Part shown: positions 36,611-49,859 of the stretch, in pieces
Layout of the letters: the number at the start of each line of letters is the position of its first letter
Numbering within the stretch: the first letter of the stretch is position 1
NCBI GenBank assembly: GCA_963514005.1
Contig: OY740783.1
Span: 99,324,001 to 99,388,000, forward strand
Direction of reading: 5' to 3'
Length of the DNA: 64,000 nt
DNA from: Raja brachyura
Lineage: Eukaryota
Translations under genes and position numbers: made by a program
Notes under the pieces: model-generated
What the model was told of the DNA's origin: nothing
What the model saw: the letters and a program-made list of their open reading frames with translations, nothing else
Database searches by the model: none

Positions 36611-37177
36611 AAGAAACTATTCTATTCTATTCCAGGTATGCAAAGTCCGTTACACAATCCCCTATAAAAACACCCTCAATCCTGTACAATCCTCATCCTA
36701 AAACCATCTAGTCTCTCTATTCATTTAAGATACCCCCAAAGCTAAAACGTTGAGCTTTTGTGTTACCTGTCTTAATATGGCTGTGGCTCAGTCAGAATTT
36801 GCTTGATAACACTCGTATGAAGTGCTTTGCAATCTTAAACGATGTTAATAGCATACTTGCATACATCTTGCTCAACCAAAAAAGACTAGCTCTAATTGCA
36901 GAATTAGGTTTCCACTGGCTGTGAGCATATATCATAGCTGCTTTGGTTACTTTAAAGAAAAAGTAACAGGAAAATATGATACAATCCTGCCTAATCTGCA
37001 CTCAAACTCCATTACCAGCTCCCTAACTTGGTTTGATGATCCCTAATAACTAGGGATAGAAAGGAGGATGTTCCACCCATCATATCTTGCCTGGTCTCGG
37101 AAAGGGTAAATCATTAAGTCCCAATCCCCTGCTCTTAGCCACTGCCCAGAAAACATTTATGCTCAACAACTGTCATG

Positions 37178-37503
37178 TACTTTCCTTAACGGGCCCGTCT
37201 GAAGAACAGTCTCGACTTGAAACGTTACCAATTCCTTTTCTTCAGAGATGCTGCCTGACCCACTGAGTTACTTCATCATTTTGTGTCTATCTTTAGTGTA
37301 AACCAGCATCTGTAGTTCCTTCCTGTGCATTTTGTCAGCTTCACAGCAAATTCTCCTCAAGCTATGCCTACTTTGAAGAAGTTCTCCTCCCCTCCCTGTG
37401 TCCGAGGAAGGGTCTCAACTCGAATCATCACCTATTCCTTTTCTCCACAGATGCTCCCTGACCCGCTGAGTTACTCCAGCATCTTGTGTCTACCTTCCTT
37501 ACG
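37178..37503 (+). mobile_element. Tandem Penelope pLTR pair
   Basis: Two pLTR copies (about 37197-37325, 37403-37492) with degenerate hammerhead boxes; imperfect flanking repeat TAC(T/C)TTCCTTA(A)CG. Confidence 0.7.
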
Positions 37504-37902
37504 AAACGGTTTATGTATTTATGTACACATTGAAGGCTAATGTATTCATAACATACCATTCATTGGCTTTGAATTGCGAGTAGTGAAATTGAGTCATGTC
37601 AGCTGATGCTCAGTACAGAGCCATCTTGCCTCTGAGGGTTGTGATTACAGTCCCACTCCCACTCCCACTCCCTGACACTTGATTATCAAGGGGAAAACTG
37701 TGACGAGCTGCTCTTTCAGATGGTCATTTAAAAAATTGTATGATAAACTGATATCTTCATTCCAGAGGAAAGATGGAGCAATTAAAAAATATGATGGACC
37801 GTTTCAAAGACCAACAGCAAATTGGGCCCTGTTCTCAGCCCACAATCACGGTTGCAAAAATACTATGTTGTCACAATCATTTAGCTGTTTACTGGAAACT
37901 AA

Positions 37903-38084
37903 CCAGTTATTCACAATGGATAGGTGACATTTCGGGCCAAGCCTGAAGAAAGGTCCCCGACCCGAAACTTCATCTATCCAGGTTCTCCAGGGATGCTGCC
38001 CGACCCGCTCAGTTACTCCAGCATTTTGTGTTATTTTTGGTAAACCAGCATCTGTGGTTCCTTGTGTCTCCAGTTATTCACAAT
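37903..38084. mobile_element. Penelope mini-element with short inverted 5' arm and 15-bp TSD
   Basis: CCAGTTATTCACAAT at 37903-37917 and 38070-38084; CTGAAGA at 37943, GAAA at 37964. Confidence 0.85.
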
Positions 38085-38975
38085 ACTGGACACTAACTAG
38101 TTATTCAACAGTGACCATATTGGCTGTAGATCCTGAAACGGTGAAAAGTGCTGTGGAAAGGCAAGTACCTTGTTATAAAAGTGAAAACATCTAATTAGAC
38201 AATTTATTTACAAAAGATGCGGAAGATTACAATGTTAATAATCTTTGGGATCTAGAATTCTCTGTAATGCTATTAGATCACTCCAATGGAAACTATTTTA
38301 ATAAGTATGTTCTTCAATAATTGTGATTGCACTGATACAAATCTTCAAACATTTAATGCATAATTGGGCAAATTAACATATTTTTCAAGGTAAGATTAAA
38401 CTTTCGTTCCCTTGAGAATACCAAGCTCAGGAATGATCTAATTAAGATGGTTAAGATGATTAAAGTAGATTTGCTGGGATTGTTAGAGAGAAACTATTTT
38501 CACATTGGGGAATGCAAAACCAGTGAGCATAAAATTAGAAACAGGCGTTTCAGGAATGATGCCACGATGTTTGTTTCATACAAAGTGTAGAGGAAATCGG
38601 AAACACTCTCCCCCAAAAGCTAAGTGAGACTAATGGGCCTGTCCCACTTAGGTGATTTTTCAGGCGACTGTCAAGTTGCCTGTAGTCGCCTGAAAAACCG
38701 GCAACTGGAACGGCGACTGTCAGAGTGGAACACGCACACACATCGCTTCCTTTCCTTCACCAGTTCATTATGCAGGCGTGGGACATGGCAAGCAGGGGGA
38801 GTGTTGTCTGAGTGAAATTCACACGGTGCAAAACCAAGATGATACAGACACACACCGCGATGAACAGGAAGGTTGGCGCTGTAATTAAGACGGCTAAAGC
38901 ACAGTGTACGGTAAGTCCTTTAAAAGAGGGGGGGAGAGGGGGGAGATGGGGTGGAGTCAACTTTTAAGAAGCCGC

Positions 38976-39336
38976 TGTGGCGGCACCTGGTGGTTGGGCC
39001 ACTAGCTACACGAACCCTCAGCAGTCGGGGGTAGGGTCACGTGACTGGGCAATGACAGGGAGGAGTTGTCACGGGGTATAGGGGTGTGTCCTGGTACATA
39101 TAACGAACCCCGGGACAACCCTCTCTCTCTCTCCCTCTCTCTGACTAGGCTGACCAGCTCTCTTCTCTATTTGGGTGAGTGTCCTTCCACCTCAGCAGGA
39201 GCTCAGCTCGAGCCCACGAGGCAACAGCCTCGCAGCAGCAACAACAACTTTGTGTTAGAGGACCAACGTGCATGTATATCTACCTATAATGCCTGAATAA
39301 AGAAACCGTTTATTCATGACGTTTGGTGCCTCTACA
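38976..39336 (+). mobile_element. Solo LTR
   Basis: TG...CA termini, 4-bp TSD CCGC (38972-38975, 39337-39340), TATA-like CATATAA near 39097, AATAAA near 39297. Confidence 0.85.
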
Positions 39337-39365
39337 CCGCGACTAGTTTCCAGAATGCTGGAACT

Positions 39366-39849
39366 ACAAGGTTAATTCCCGGGATGGCGGGATTGTCATA
39401 TGCTGAGAGAATGGAGCAGCTGGGCTTATACACTCTGGAGTTTAGAAGGATGAGATGGGGGCCACATTGAAACATATAAGATTGTTAAGGGTTTGGACAC
39501 ACTAGAGGCAGGAAACATGTTCCCGATGTTGGGGGAGTCCAGAACCAGGGGCCACAATTTAAGAATAACGTGTAAGCCATTTAGAACGGAGACGAGGAAA
39601 CACTTTTTCTCACAGAGAGTGGTGAGTCTGTGGAATTCTCTGCCTCAGAGGGCAGTGGAGGCAGGTTCTCTAGATGCTTTCAAGAGAGAGCTAGATAGGG
39701 CACTTAAAAATAGCGGAGTCAGGAGATATGGGGAGAAGGCAGGAACGGGGTACTAATTTGGGATGATCAGGCATGATCACATTGAATGGCGGCGCTGGCT
39801 CGAAGGGCCGAATGGCCTACTCCTGCACCTATTGTCTATTATCTATTGT
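39366..39849 (+). mobile_element. CR1/HER1 3' fragment nested in MITE
   Basis: FPMLGESRTRGH..RVVSLWNSLP, tail CTATTGTCTATT. Confidence 0.9.
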
Positions 39850-42429
39850 CCTCATGACTATGAAGGCGACAATCGGCATCCACCCGCGACCATGTGGCGA
39901 CCTCAGAGTCGCTGGCAGTCACCTGAAAAATCACCTATGTGGGACAGGCCCATTAGGCGGGTATATAAAATTAAGCTTTGGGTTGGGGGCTGCATATATA
40001 TTAGACCTGCAAATTATTTAATTGAACAGAAGACATGCTATATGGATAAAATAACCTCTTCCAGTTTTTACACAAACATCTGTGCAGAAACGTTTCCTAT
40101 CTGATCAAAATTAGAAATATATGCTTCCTAACTTTATATGTAGATGTATTAATGTGCAGGAAATACAGGCAAGCATCACATGATCAAATCTAAGACTAAA
40201 TGGCATCTATTCCACCTCCCTAATAATTTACTCTCAGTGACACTAATGGACTTTGGCTGTAAGTTGGACTATCTACAGAATACACCACACTCACCCACTT
40301 ACCAACAATACTTCTGCATTTAAATTATGTGATAACCAAATATCTTCCAGAGGATGCATGGGGCAAAAAAACTCATGGAACCATTTCAAAGAATACCATT
40401 TTGCAATCCCTTGTCTTTTACCACCAAGAACAAAAAGGCCAGCAGGCACATGGGAACACCACCATCTGAAAGACCCCAGATATCCTAAAGCACTTCCATC
40501 ATTATAAGGCACAAGTTAGGAACACGATGAACTGTTCTCTGCTCATTTGGATGAATGCAGATCCAAAAATGTTGAAGTAGCTCAACGTGATCTGGGATAT
40601 GACAACGTGCTTTATTGTTATCCCAGAAATTCATTCATCCAGAGCAAGAACACAGTTCCCCTTGACCACGCCTTGTACACACCAACTTCGGCCTTAATTG
40701 GATCATCCTCTGTTATTTCCACTACCTTCAATAAGATGCCACAACATCTTCTCCTCACCTCTTGGCAATCTAAAGGGACTATCCTCTTCATGGTCTATTC
40801 TTAATATCTCCAAAACCCCACTCCACTGATCATGGGACCTGCCTTCTGGTATCCAGGAAACCAATCAATCCATCCCAAGTGAAATGGCAACGCATTTGCA
40901 CTTTCTGCAGCTTCCTTCGTTCTTGAGTATTCAAGTTACTGAACCAGGCCTTGAAGCAACCAGTGAGTATGCTCTCCACCGTACACATGTAGGTGCTCGA
41001 TTGAGTATTCAGCAACATACTATATCTCTTCAAACTTCAGAGAAAGTAAAAGGGCCCTCCCTCTCCCTACCACACTTCAGGAGTCTCAAAATATCTGCCT
41101 CTTTATAAAAGATTTTCCTCATAGCATTTCCTAGTGTCAAATTTTGACAGATTTGTTGGATAATTCTCCAGTTAAATGCCTTAGATTAGAGGTGCCGCAT
41201 GAATGTAAATTGTTGCATCGCAACTCCAGCTTGGCATAGCTGCCTCTCGAACACGGCCAGAAGCAGAAGCAGAAGCATGGTGAGAACACATTTGTAGCAA
41301 TCCCTAAAACTAGAGGAACAAACCCTGGAAATTCCTGACACAGGAAAAAAAAAGGCTTTTCAGCCGTCTGTACTAATACCACCTCTAAACACCAATAAGA
41401 GGGATCCATCCTCATTCACTTCCCAACTCTTGGTCCCTGGTCCCTCTGGCAGCGATATTTCAGATGCACTCCAGGACACTGAAATGTGCTCAAGGTTTCT
41501 ACAATAATCACTTTTTCAGGTAATGAGCATCATGATCCACTTCTGCCCCACACAAAAAAATATTTTATCAAGGACCTAAAATCTATGTTCTTTGGTAAAT
41601 GACTCACCGTGCTGAGTGCGATAAATCCTTCCCATTTATTTTGTCCAGTTCTCTCATATACCTTCTATTCAACTGTTGTGATCAATGTAATGATCCCATC
41701 CTCGTCAGTCTTCCCATAGATGAAATTCTCTAGTCCTGCTAACGTTCCCAGAAATCTCCTCCACAACTTTTTCAGTCCATTCACTTCCTCCCTGTAACGT
41801 TCAACCCTACATGGCCTCACAAAGGCTATTAAGCCAAAACCTTGGGCTTTCTCTCCCTGGATGCTGCCTGCTTAGCTTAGTATGCCCAGTTTTTTTGTGC
41901 TTTTATTGGCTGCTACATTTTCTACACGCTGATTAGTACTTAATTGTTCATGAAGCATTGTGCAGTGCCCTGGGCCAAAGAGAAGTGGTTTGTGATGCAC
42001 ATTTTCTTTGACATATATCCGATGCAGACTGTAGGGATTGCTGACTCCGTGCATCAACTTCTGACACCAGGCTCTATTGCTGTCTGCCAGGAGAGTCGCC
42101 CAATGTATCAGATGAAGTAAATTGCTTCATATTCATCCAATTCATCCAATTAAGCAGCACTTCCATGTCACGCCATCCATTAGGATTGGAAGCACAAAGA
42201 CGCCATTGGTTTGTCCCCGAGACATGCTCAATATTATTCACTCATCGATTCTACTAACTCTTGAGTTTGGTAGTCACATTCTTCAACTCTACCAGCAGTC
42301 ACTGTACCTTACATGGTTGCATCACTGAGTTCTGCCTCCACTTCATTTCAGAGCTGCTAACCAAATGCATGCCCATATTTGATGGGATACCAGTCCTTCT
42401 TTTTCAAGCAATCCCCCAAGGATTACTTG

Positions 42430-43220
42430 CTTACATTTCAGTCAGTTCTGTTGGTTCCAGGGAAGACAATGAGAATGAAGTGACGTGTGAAGATTTTGCC
42501 TGCAAGTGAGAGGTGATGCACTCTATCCGCTTTTTTTGCTGAGCTTCTGAGTCTTCATGAAGAGACTCAATGTGCTCAGCGTTATCCTGGATACCCCTTC
42601 TTCATTTTGAGTTGTCATGGTCCAGAAGATCCCATAAATTGATGAGGATGTCTGTGTTTTCACACCCCGAGGTTATCAAATTTATTCAAGTTTTTTCCTC
42701 TTTCCCCTTCCTACCGGGTAATCCTCTGCCATTATGGAGCTCAGTGTAGGTATCTGTTTCAGAATTTGGTTACAGAGTTCTAGAGTAATACAGTGTGGAA
42801 ACAGGCCATTCGGCTCAACTTGCCCACACCAGCCAACATGTCCCAGCTACAATAGTCCCACCTGTGTACGTTTGATCCATATTCCTTCAAAACATGTTAT
42901 ATCCGTGTACCTGTCTGTTTCTTAAACATTGGGATAGTCCCTGCCTCAACTACTTCCTCTGACAGCTCGTTCCATACACCTACCACCCTTTGTGTGAAAA
43001 AGACCTTTTGGTGTTGAGTTATCAAAGAAAGTGGCCAATCCACGTGGCTGACTGAGTGCAAATTAAGCCTCAACACCTGGGAGAAGAAGCCCACATTGGT
43101 CCACTGCAGGTAGTTTTACAATATTTTACAGAAATTACAATAGTGGTCCTTCACCAGTGTTTTGAAGCACCTGGGTGTGGTTGTCCATGTCTCTGATACC
43201 TTTTCCTGGATATGTAAAGG
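42430..43220 (-). mobile_element. Ancient RTE LINE fossil interrupted by CR1 (about 42775-43003)
   Basis: Minus strand gives SETWTT..KTL and WDLLDHDNSK*RRGIQ..EHIESL, matching the RTE C-terminus at 12449-13305. Confidence 0.6.
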
Positions 43221-43951
43221 GTTAGGGATTTGACAGGAATTAATAATGGGTTAACAGAGATCCCATTAAATATGCTCATCTAAGAGCTGACAGTGGTGCA
43301 TTGAATTGTGCCTAAATCAAAGATGTTATCCCAGGATCTGCATCTGTGAAAGAAATGCAGAAATGTTTCATATACATTTAAAATTCTGTCCTTTTGAGTG
43401 CTCTGGGTGGTCACTGCATGACACATTTTGATGCAAAGCAGGGATACATTTGAAGAAATGGCATTATCTGTGGATTACTCAGAATACTGGACAGTCAATA
43501 CAGTCATTGAGCGAGTTCAAGGCTGAGAGGTACACATTTTGACACCAAGCAAATTGAAGGAAGTGTGTATCAAGCAGGAAAATGGATGACCACAGGATCA
43601 GCCAACGTTCAATTGAATGGGAAACAAGCAGAAGGGCTGAGTGGCCAACTGCCTCTATACATTATTCCATTAGTTTATCAGAGTGCAAGTTCGGCCAGTG
43701 TTCCTTTCATTCTGCAATATGAGATAAATTACGACACACCGGCCAGCTATTGATAATGTCAGCAATAACAAGTCTAATTATGTTCATACCCACCGTGATC
43801 ATTACAGCACATGCACTCAACTCTCCGCAGGGCAAGCAATAGGACAATCATGCAGACCACAGTTAGGTTTCAACAGCTGGTATTACAGTTAATGCTGACC
43901 ACAATTCACATGATATAGTGCTGCGTTTTGATACCATAGTGTGCTGTAAAC

Positions 43952-44436
43952 ATTACCAGACTGATTCCTGGGATGTCAGGACTTTCATATGAGGAAAGAT
44001 TGGATAGACTCGGCTTGTACTCGCTGGAATTTAGAAGATTGAGGGGGGATCTTATAGAAACTTACAAAATTCTTAAGGGGTTGGACAAGCTAGATGCTGG
44101 AAGATTGTTCCCGATGTTTGGGGAGTCCAGAACAAGGGGTCACAGTCTAAGGATAAGGGGGAATTCCTTTAGGACCGAAATGAGGAAAACATTCTTTACA
44201 CAGAGAGTGGTGAGTCTCTGGAATTCTCTGCCACAGAAGGTAGTTGAGGCTAGTTCATTGGCTATATTTAAGAGGGCGTTAGATGTGGCACTTGTGGCTA
44301 AAGGGATCAGGGGGTATGGAGAGAAGGCAGGTACGGGATACTGAGTTGGATGATCAGCCATGATCACATTGAATGGCGGTGCAGGCTCGAAGGGCCGAAT
44401 GGCCTACTCCTGCACCTATTTTCTATGTTTCTATTA
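43952..44436 (+). mobile_element. CR1/HER1 3' fragment, young subfamily
   Basis: LSYEERLDRLGLYSLEFRRLRGDLIETYKILKG; (CTATGTTT) tail. Confidence 0.92.
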
Positions 44437-45050
44437 TGGAAGAGATTCCGTCCTTAGGGGCTTGTAGCAAAAGCCATGGATGAATTCTTCAGAATCCGTG
44501 TAAATAAAAAAACTTATCATGCTACATTGCATAGAATATGCAGCATTGAAACAGCCCAACCAGTCCCAACTCTCCAGAAACTTCTTCCCACTCATACTTC
44601 AACTAAATCCACAGAAAAGCACCAGGAACTTGCATTTAATAACATGGTATAGTATATTATATAGTTAATACAATAAAATATCATTGTGGCTTCAGAGATA
44701 TGACACAATTTGTGGCCAATGCATGCAAGGGGAAATTAGGACAATTGGGACTGTTTTTAAGGAGCATCCTTATGGGAGACTTACTGAGGTTGTCAGAGGG
44801 AATTCCGGATCTATGAGCCTTGCCAGATGAAGACACAGGATCTGTGGATGAGTAATTACAATGGGGTATGCTCGGTATGACCAAATTGGAGGAACAGAGT
44901 CTTTAGAGGAGTGTGGATCTGGAGGACGATATAGGAATGAAGGGAGGAATGTTTGAAGAATGTGTACACCTTTGTCCATTTATTATTTATCTAACCTTTT
45001 AAATATTCCTCTCATATTTGGTTGCAATAATTATTAGCGATCTTAACTTG

Positions 45051-45221
45051 AAATTGAAGAACGGCACTCAAAATGTCTGGACCAGGTATCTGGAGTAAGT
45101 GGAGACCATGATAGAGAGTTAATGAAAAAGAGATCGTTCACAGAACTGGCTCTCTGTGTTGATGTCCTAAAAGAGAATGACAGAGACAAGAGATTTGAGA
45201 TCAACACTGGGTGTAACATTC
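45051..45221 (+). repeat. About 170-bp direct repeat, second copy 47733-47904
   Basis: Shared CACAGAACTGGCTCTCTGTGTTGATGTCC and AAAGAGAATGACAGAGACAAGA with colinear flanks. Confidence 0.85.
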
Positions 45222-45309
45222 GGAAATGTTCTAGTAGCTGTGAGACCGAGCTTACAGAGTATAGTATGTCACCCATCTGCTGCAAGCAGATAGGAGACAT
45301 AATATAAGG

Positions 45310-45950
45310 CAATAAGGCAATGTGCCTTAATGCCTTTCGTCCACTGGTTCTGACTTCGACCATTGTGAAGTGTTTTGAGAGACTGGTGATGGCGCACATT
45401 AACTCCAGCCCCCCCAGCCGGCCTGGATCCACTGCAGGTCGCTTACTGTTGCAGAAGGTTCACATGTTCATTGGCTTTAATATTACCAATGATCTGTCGT
45501 GGATCAAACACATTGATGCAACTGCTAAGAAAGCACACTACGCCTCTAATTCCTTGAGAGACTGAGGACATTTGGATTGTCTCCAATAACTCTCAAAAAC
45601 CTCTACAAATGCACCATAGAAAGCATACTTTCAGATTGTATCACAACTTGGTTTGGGAACAGCTCTAGCCAAGAACACAAGGAATTGCAGAGAGTTGTTG
45701 ATGTAACATAGTCCATCACCAGAGTTCATACCTTTGACTCCATCATTCACGCTGCCTCAGAAAAGCATCCAACATAATCGAAAATTTGTCCCACCCCAGT
45801 CATTCCTTCTTCTCCCTCCTGTCATCCAGCAGAAGGTACAGAAGCTTGAAAACACCATCACCTGACTCAGGACCAGCTTGTTCCTCCCCTCTGTTATCTG
45901 TTTTTTGAACAGTCCTTCCATAAGCCAGGTACTGTTCGATTCGATTGTCT
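45310..45950 (+). mobile_element. Degenerate, internally deleted Rex1 fragment
   Basis: CLNAFRPLVLTSTIVKCFERLV, NDLSW..KKAH. Confidence 0.7.
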
Positions 45951-46610
45951 ATGCAATTGGTGTGTAACAATGTTGAGAATTGTATTCTGCACTCTTTGCT
46001 CTATCTAGTGCCATGCCAAGCAGAGGTGCTTCCTGATAGGATGATTTCTATGGTGCAGCTGTAGAAAGTGTGGAGAGTCATTCCATATACAAAATTCCTG
46101 GGGAGAAATTTATGAACACTGAAAATACAAATTTACGTGATCTAAATGGCCACAATGCATGAAACGTACTGTTGAAGAAAATTGTTTACAGTCACATAAG
46201 ATAAGAGAAAATCTCTATCGAAAATAAACAAAGAGAAGGAAAATCAAACAACGGCTTTAAAAAAAGGTAAGAATAATGGGCACAACAAATGGTTCAATTG
46301 CAACATCTTGTGCTCAAATCTTTATATTGGAGGAACATTGCAAGGTACTGTCACACTTCTGTGTTGCAAACAACATTGATGATACAAATAAACAGAAGTC
46401 TATCCTAGTGTAATGGATGCCCCCAACTATAGTGAGAAAACTGCTGAGCTCAGAGAACCATAAGAATAAAAAATGTTTTAAAAGTTGGTTTATTTTATTC
46501 AAAGAATCCCTATAAACCAAGCCCAGTGCGATTGTGTAAAGGTTTCATTTTGATTCATAGCCATGAAAACCTAATAAAACAATGGATGCATTTGCAGGAT
46601 GTTATCATAA

Positions 46611-47345
46611 TGGGCCTGTCCCCCCACATAAGTGATTTTTCAGGCATCTGCTAGCGACTGTCAGAGTGAAACACACACACACACACATCGCAAAGGCGGG
46701 GGCCAGGGGAAGCGGGGGAGCGCTGTCTGAAATTCTCACGGTGCAAAGCCAAGGTGATACAGACACACACCGCGATGAACAGGAAGGTTTGCACTATAAT
46801 TAAGATGGCTAGCACAGTGTACGGTAAGTCCGTTAAAAGAGGGGGTGGGGTGAAGGGGGGAGAAGGAGGGAGAAGGAGTGGAGACAACTGTTAAGAAGTC
46901 AGACAACATTTAAGAAGCCAGAGATACACGGCTGTGAAGCTCGGCGGACATTTAACATTATCGGTTGGTTATCCTTGGTTACGTTTACGTTTTTTCCCCC
47001 AATGAGCCAATGAAATTCATCGGTCAGCACCGGCTACAGCCTACGAGAACCTAAGAGAACCTTCGACCTCGTGGCAACCCACTAGGACGTCCTGGCGACA
47101 CACCTATGGCTCGAGAATTCTCTCTATTCTCCATGGTGGCTTCATTCTAGTTGCCACTAATTTTTCTACATGTTTTAAAACTCTCAGTGACCACAATGGG
47201 GCCATGACTTGTTCCCAGAATGTGGGAACTCCTCACGACCATGAAGGCGACTCCTCGGCAACCACCAGCGAACATGTGGCGACTATGTGCTAACTGCAAA
47301 GTCTCCTGTAGTCGCCTAAAAAGTCGTCTAAGTGGGACATGCCCA
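46611..47345. mobile_element. MITE, PIF/Harbinger-like (copy 3)
   Basis: TGGGCCTGTCCC / AAGTGGGACATGCCCA ends, TAA on both sides. Confidence 0.82.
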
Positions 47346-47905
47346 TAAGGCCCTCCCTACAGTGACATTTTCACAGATGCTAAGTAACAAGTTGGTGTGT
47401 AGAATAAATAATGGCCAGTTTCAGATGCTGCTGTCACCAAATATTAATCTGACCCTTAAGAACAAGTCAAAAATTGCACAAGCAATGTAATTTGCAAGCA
47501 ACAACACACAGGATTTGCACACAATACCATGTAACAGTGAGCAGCCCAGTACGTGGCAAAACACACTGTTGGGAAGCAAACCAAATAGCATGTTAAAGCA
47601 ATAAACAAAGGCTGTAGCCACTGTGGAGGGAAATACATGCTTTCCGAAAGCTGGTTATGGCAAGTGTCATACAAGCGGTTTAAAAACTTGGAGGAATAAA
47701 TCTAAAGTAGAACAAACAAAATTGAGAATAATAAATTGAAGAAGGGCACTCAAAATGTCTGATTCTGGAGCAAGTGGAGACCATAATGGAGAGTAATCGT
47801 TAATGAAAAAGAGGTCAAGTGCACAGAACTGGCTCTCTGTGTTGATGTCCTTAAAGAGAATGACAGAGACAAGATATTTGAGATTAACACTGCTTGTAAC
47901 ATTCT

Positions 47906-49498
47906 TTTTTTTAATTTTTATTTGTTTCAATTTTTATTAGAAGCAAATACATATTATGGTAAAAAAAACATTTCATATGTATCAATCCTACATTATTAAT
48001 ATTATCAATTGTGGCTTCATTCTGCTTCTAATTTTTTTACTATATAGATAGAAAGTAAGAAAGAAAGAAAGGAAATAAAACCCCACAAATGTCAAGATAA
48101 AAAAAGAATGGAATGATTTACTAATAATACATCAATGGAGATAGGTTTGAATATTATAAAGTATAACGTTTCATCTAATCCTGAGTTCAAGTTTCATTTA
48201 GGTTCCCGTGCCGAACCAATCTACCCCTTCAAATAATCAATGAATGAAGACCATATTCTAACAAAGAGTTCTTGTTTGTCCATTAAGACAAATCTGATTC
48301 TTTCCAGGTGTAGGGTCTCCAACATTTCCATAATCCACATTTTAATTGTGGGGGTTATAGGGCCTTTCCAAAATTTTAATATTAATTTCTTCCCAGTTAT
48401 TATACTGTAGTCTAGAAAGTTTCTTTGGCTTGTTGTGAGTGTTAGACTTTGTTCTGATATTCCAAGTATTATCCGTTTTGATTCGGGGTCCAATTTAGTA
48501 TTAACAACTTCAGAGATCATTCTAAAAATATAAATCCATAAATTTTTGATTTTTATACAATTTGCAAAAGTATGTGTTAAGTTAGCCTCTAGATGCTGAC
48601 ATTTATCGCAGATAGGCGAGATATGTGGGAAAATTCTATTTAGTTTTACTTTAGAGTAGTGTAATCTGTGTAAAACTTTAAATTGTATTAAAGCATGTAT
48701 GGCATTTAGCGAACATTGATGTATATATTGTAGACTTTTGTCCCAAATATCTTTCGTTATAGGTTGGCCTAATTCATTTTCCCATGTATGTCTATATGAT
48801 TCCATCAAATCGACCTTGCTATCTAAGAGGGTATTATAAATATGTTGTTAATTTTTCTGTATTAGGATGTTTATTCAAACATTCATCAAGGATTTCTGGT
48901 TCCCTACTCCTATAATCTTGTGTATTAGATTTAACATAATCTCTAAATTGTAAATATCTAAAAAAGTTATTTGAGTGTAGTCCATAAATCTGTTGTAACT
49001 CCTGAAATGAAAGAAAAATTCCTTTCTTATAAAGATGTCCCATCTTTTAAATTCCGTGATTTTTCCATTGTGTGAAACCTTTATCCAATATGGAAGGTTT
49101 AAATAAAGGATTGTTTACAATGGGAAAACAGAGTGATATATTATCCAATTTTAAAGCCTTTTTTAATTATTTCCAGATTTGTATACCACTATGTATTATA
49201 GGGTTTTCCCTATAGGTCGTTTTGTGCAATTTTGTGGGCGCAAACATAATCGAACCAATTTCAAAAGGCAAACAATCTTCCTTTTCCATCCTTAACCAGT
49301 CTGGTTGCTGATCCATTTCTTCCAGCTAGAAATTCATATTTTTAATATGGACTGCCCAAAAATAAAAGTAAAAATTTGGTAAAGCTAAACCTCCATTAGT
49401 CTTTGATTTACATAAATGTTTTTTGCTCATTCTATGATTCTTATAATCCCAAATGAAACTTGTAACAATGGAGTCGACTTAAAAAAAAAAAAAAAAAT
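47906..49498 (-). mobile_element. L1-clade LINE 3' fragment
   Basis: DSIVTSFIW..GGLALPNF, FFRYLQ, QFKVLHRLHY, CDKC..LTHTFANC; A-rich tail; 15-bp TSD with 2 mismatches (47891-47905, 49499-49513). Confidence 0.88.
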
Positions 49499-49859
49499 TG
49501 TTTGTAACATCCTGAAGAACATTCTGGTGTAACAGTCTGAAGAGGCGGCTCGACCCGAAACCTCACCCATTCCTTCTCTCCATAGATGCTGCCTGTCCCG
49601 CTGTGTTACTCCAGCATTTTGTGTCTGTCTTCGGTGTAACATTATATTGCACCTAAACTCAAGGCACAACTAAATCTGAATCTTCAGATTTTAAAACTTT
49701 AGATAAAAATTTAGAGATGCCGCCTGACCCACTGAGTTTCTCCAGCATTTTGTATCTATCATTGGTATAAACCCGCATCTGCAGTTCCTTTTTATTAACA
49801 GGTGAAAGCATTGAAGTAGCATGGCGGCGAATTAGCACAGACAGTGAAACTATTACTAC

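Larger units (their letters stand above)
38634..39952. mobile_element. MITE, PIF/Harbinger-like (copy 2) with nested solo LTR and CR1
   Basis: 37-bp TIR TGGGCCTGTCCCACTTAGGTGATTTTTCAGGCGACTG with 2 mismatches; interior homologous to 46611-47345. Confidence 0.88.

Noticed and set aside
43973-44344. Recurrent 75-125 aa ORFs (also 9740, 15140, 26867, 39493, 51719) resembling a gene family
   Set aside because: All are the C-terminus of CR1 ORF2 in 5'-truncated copies.
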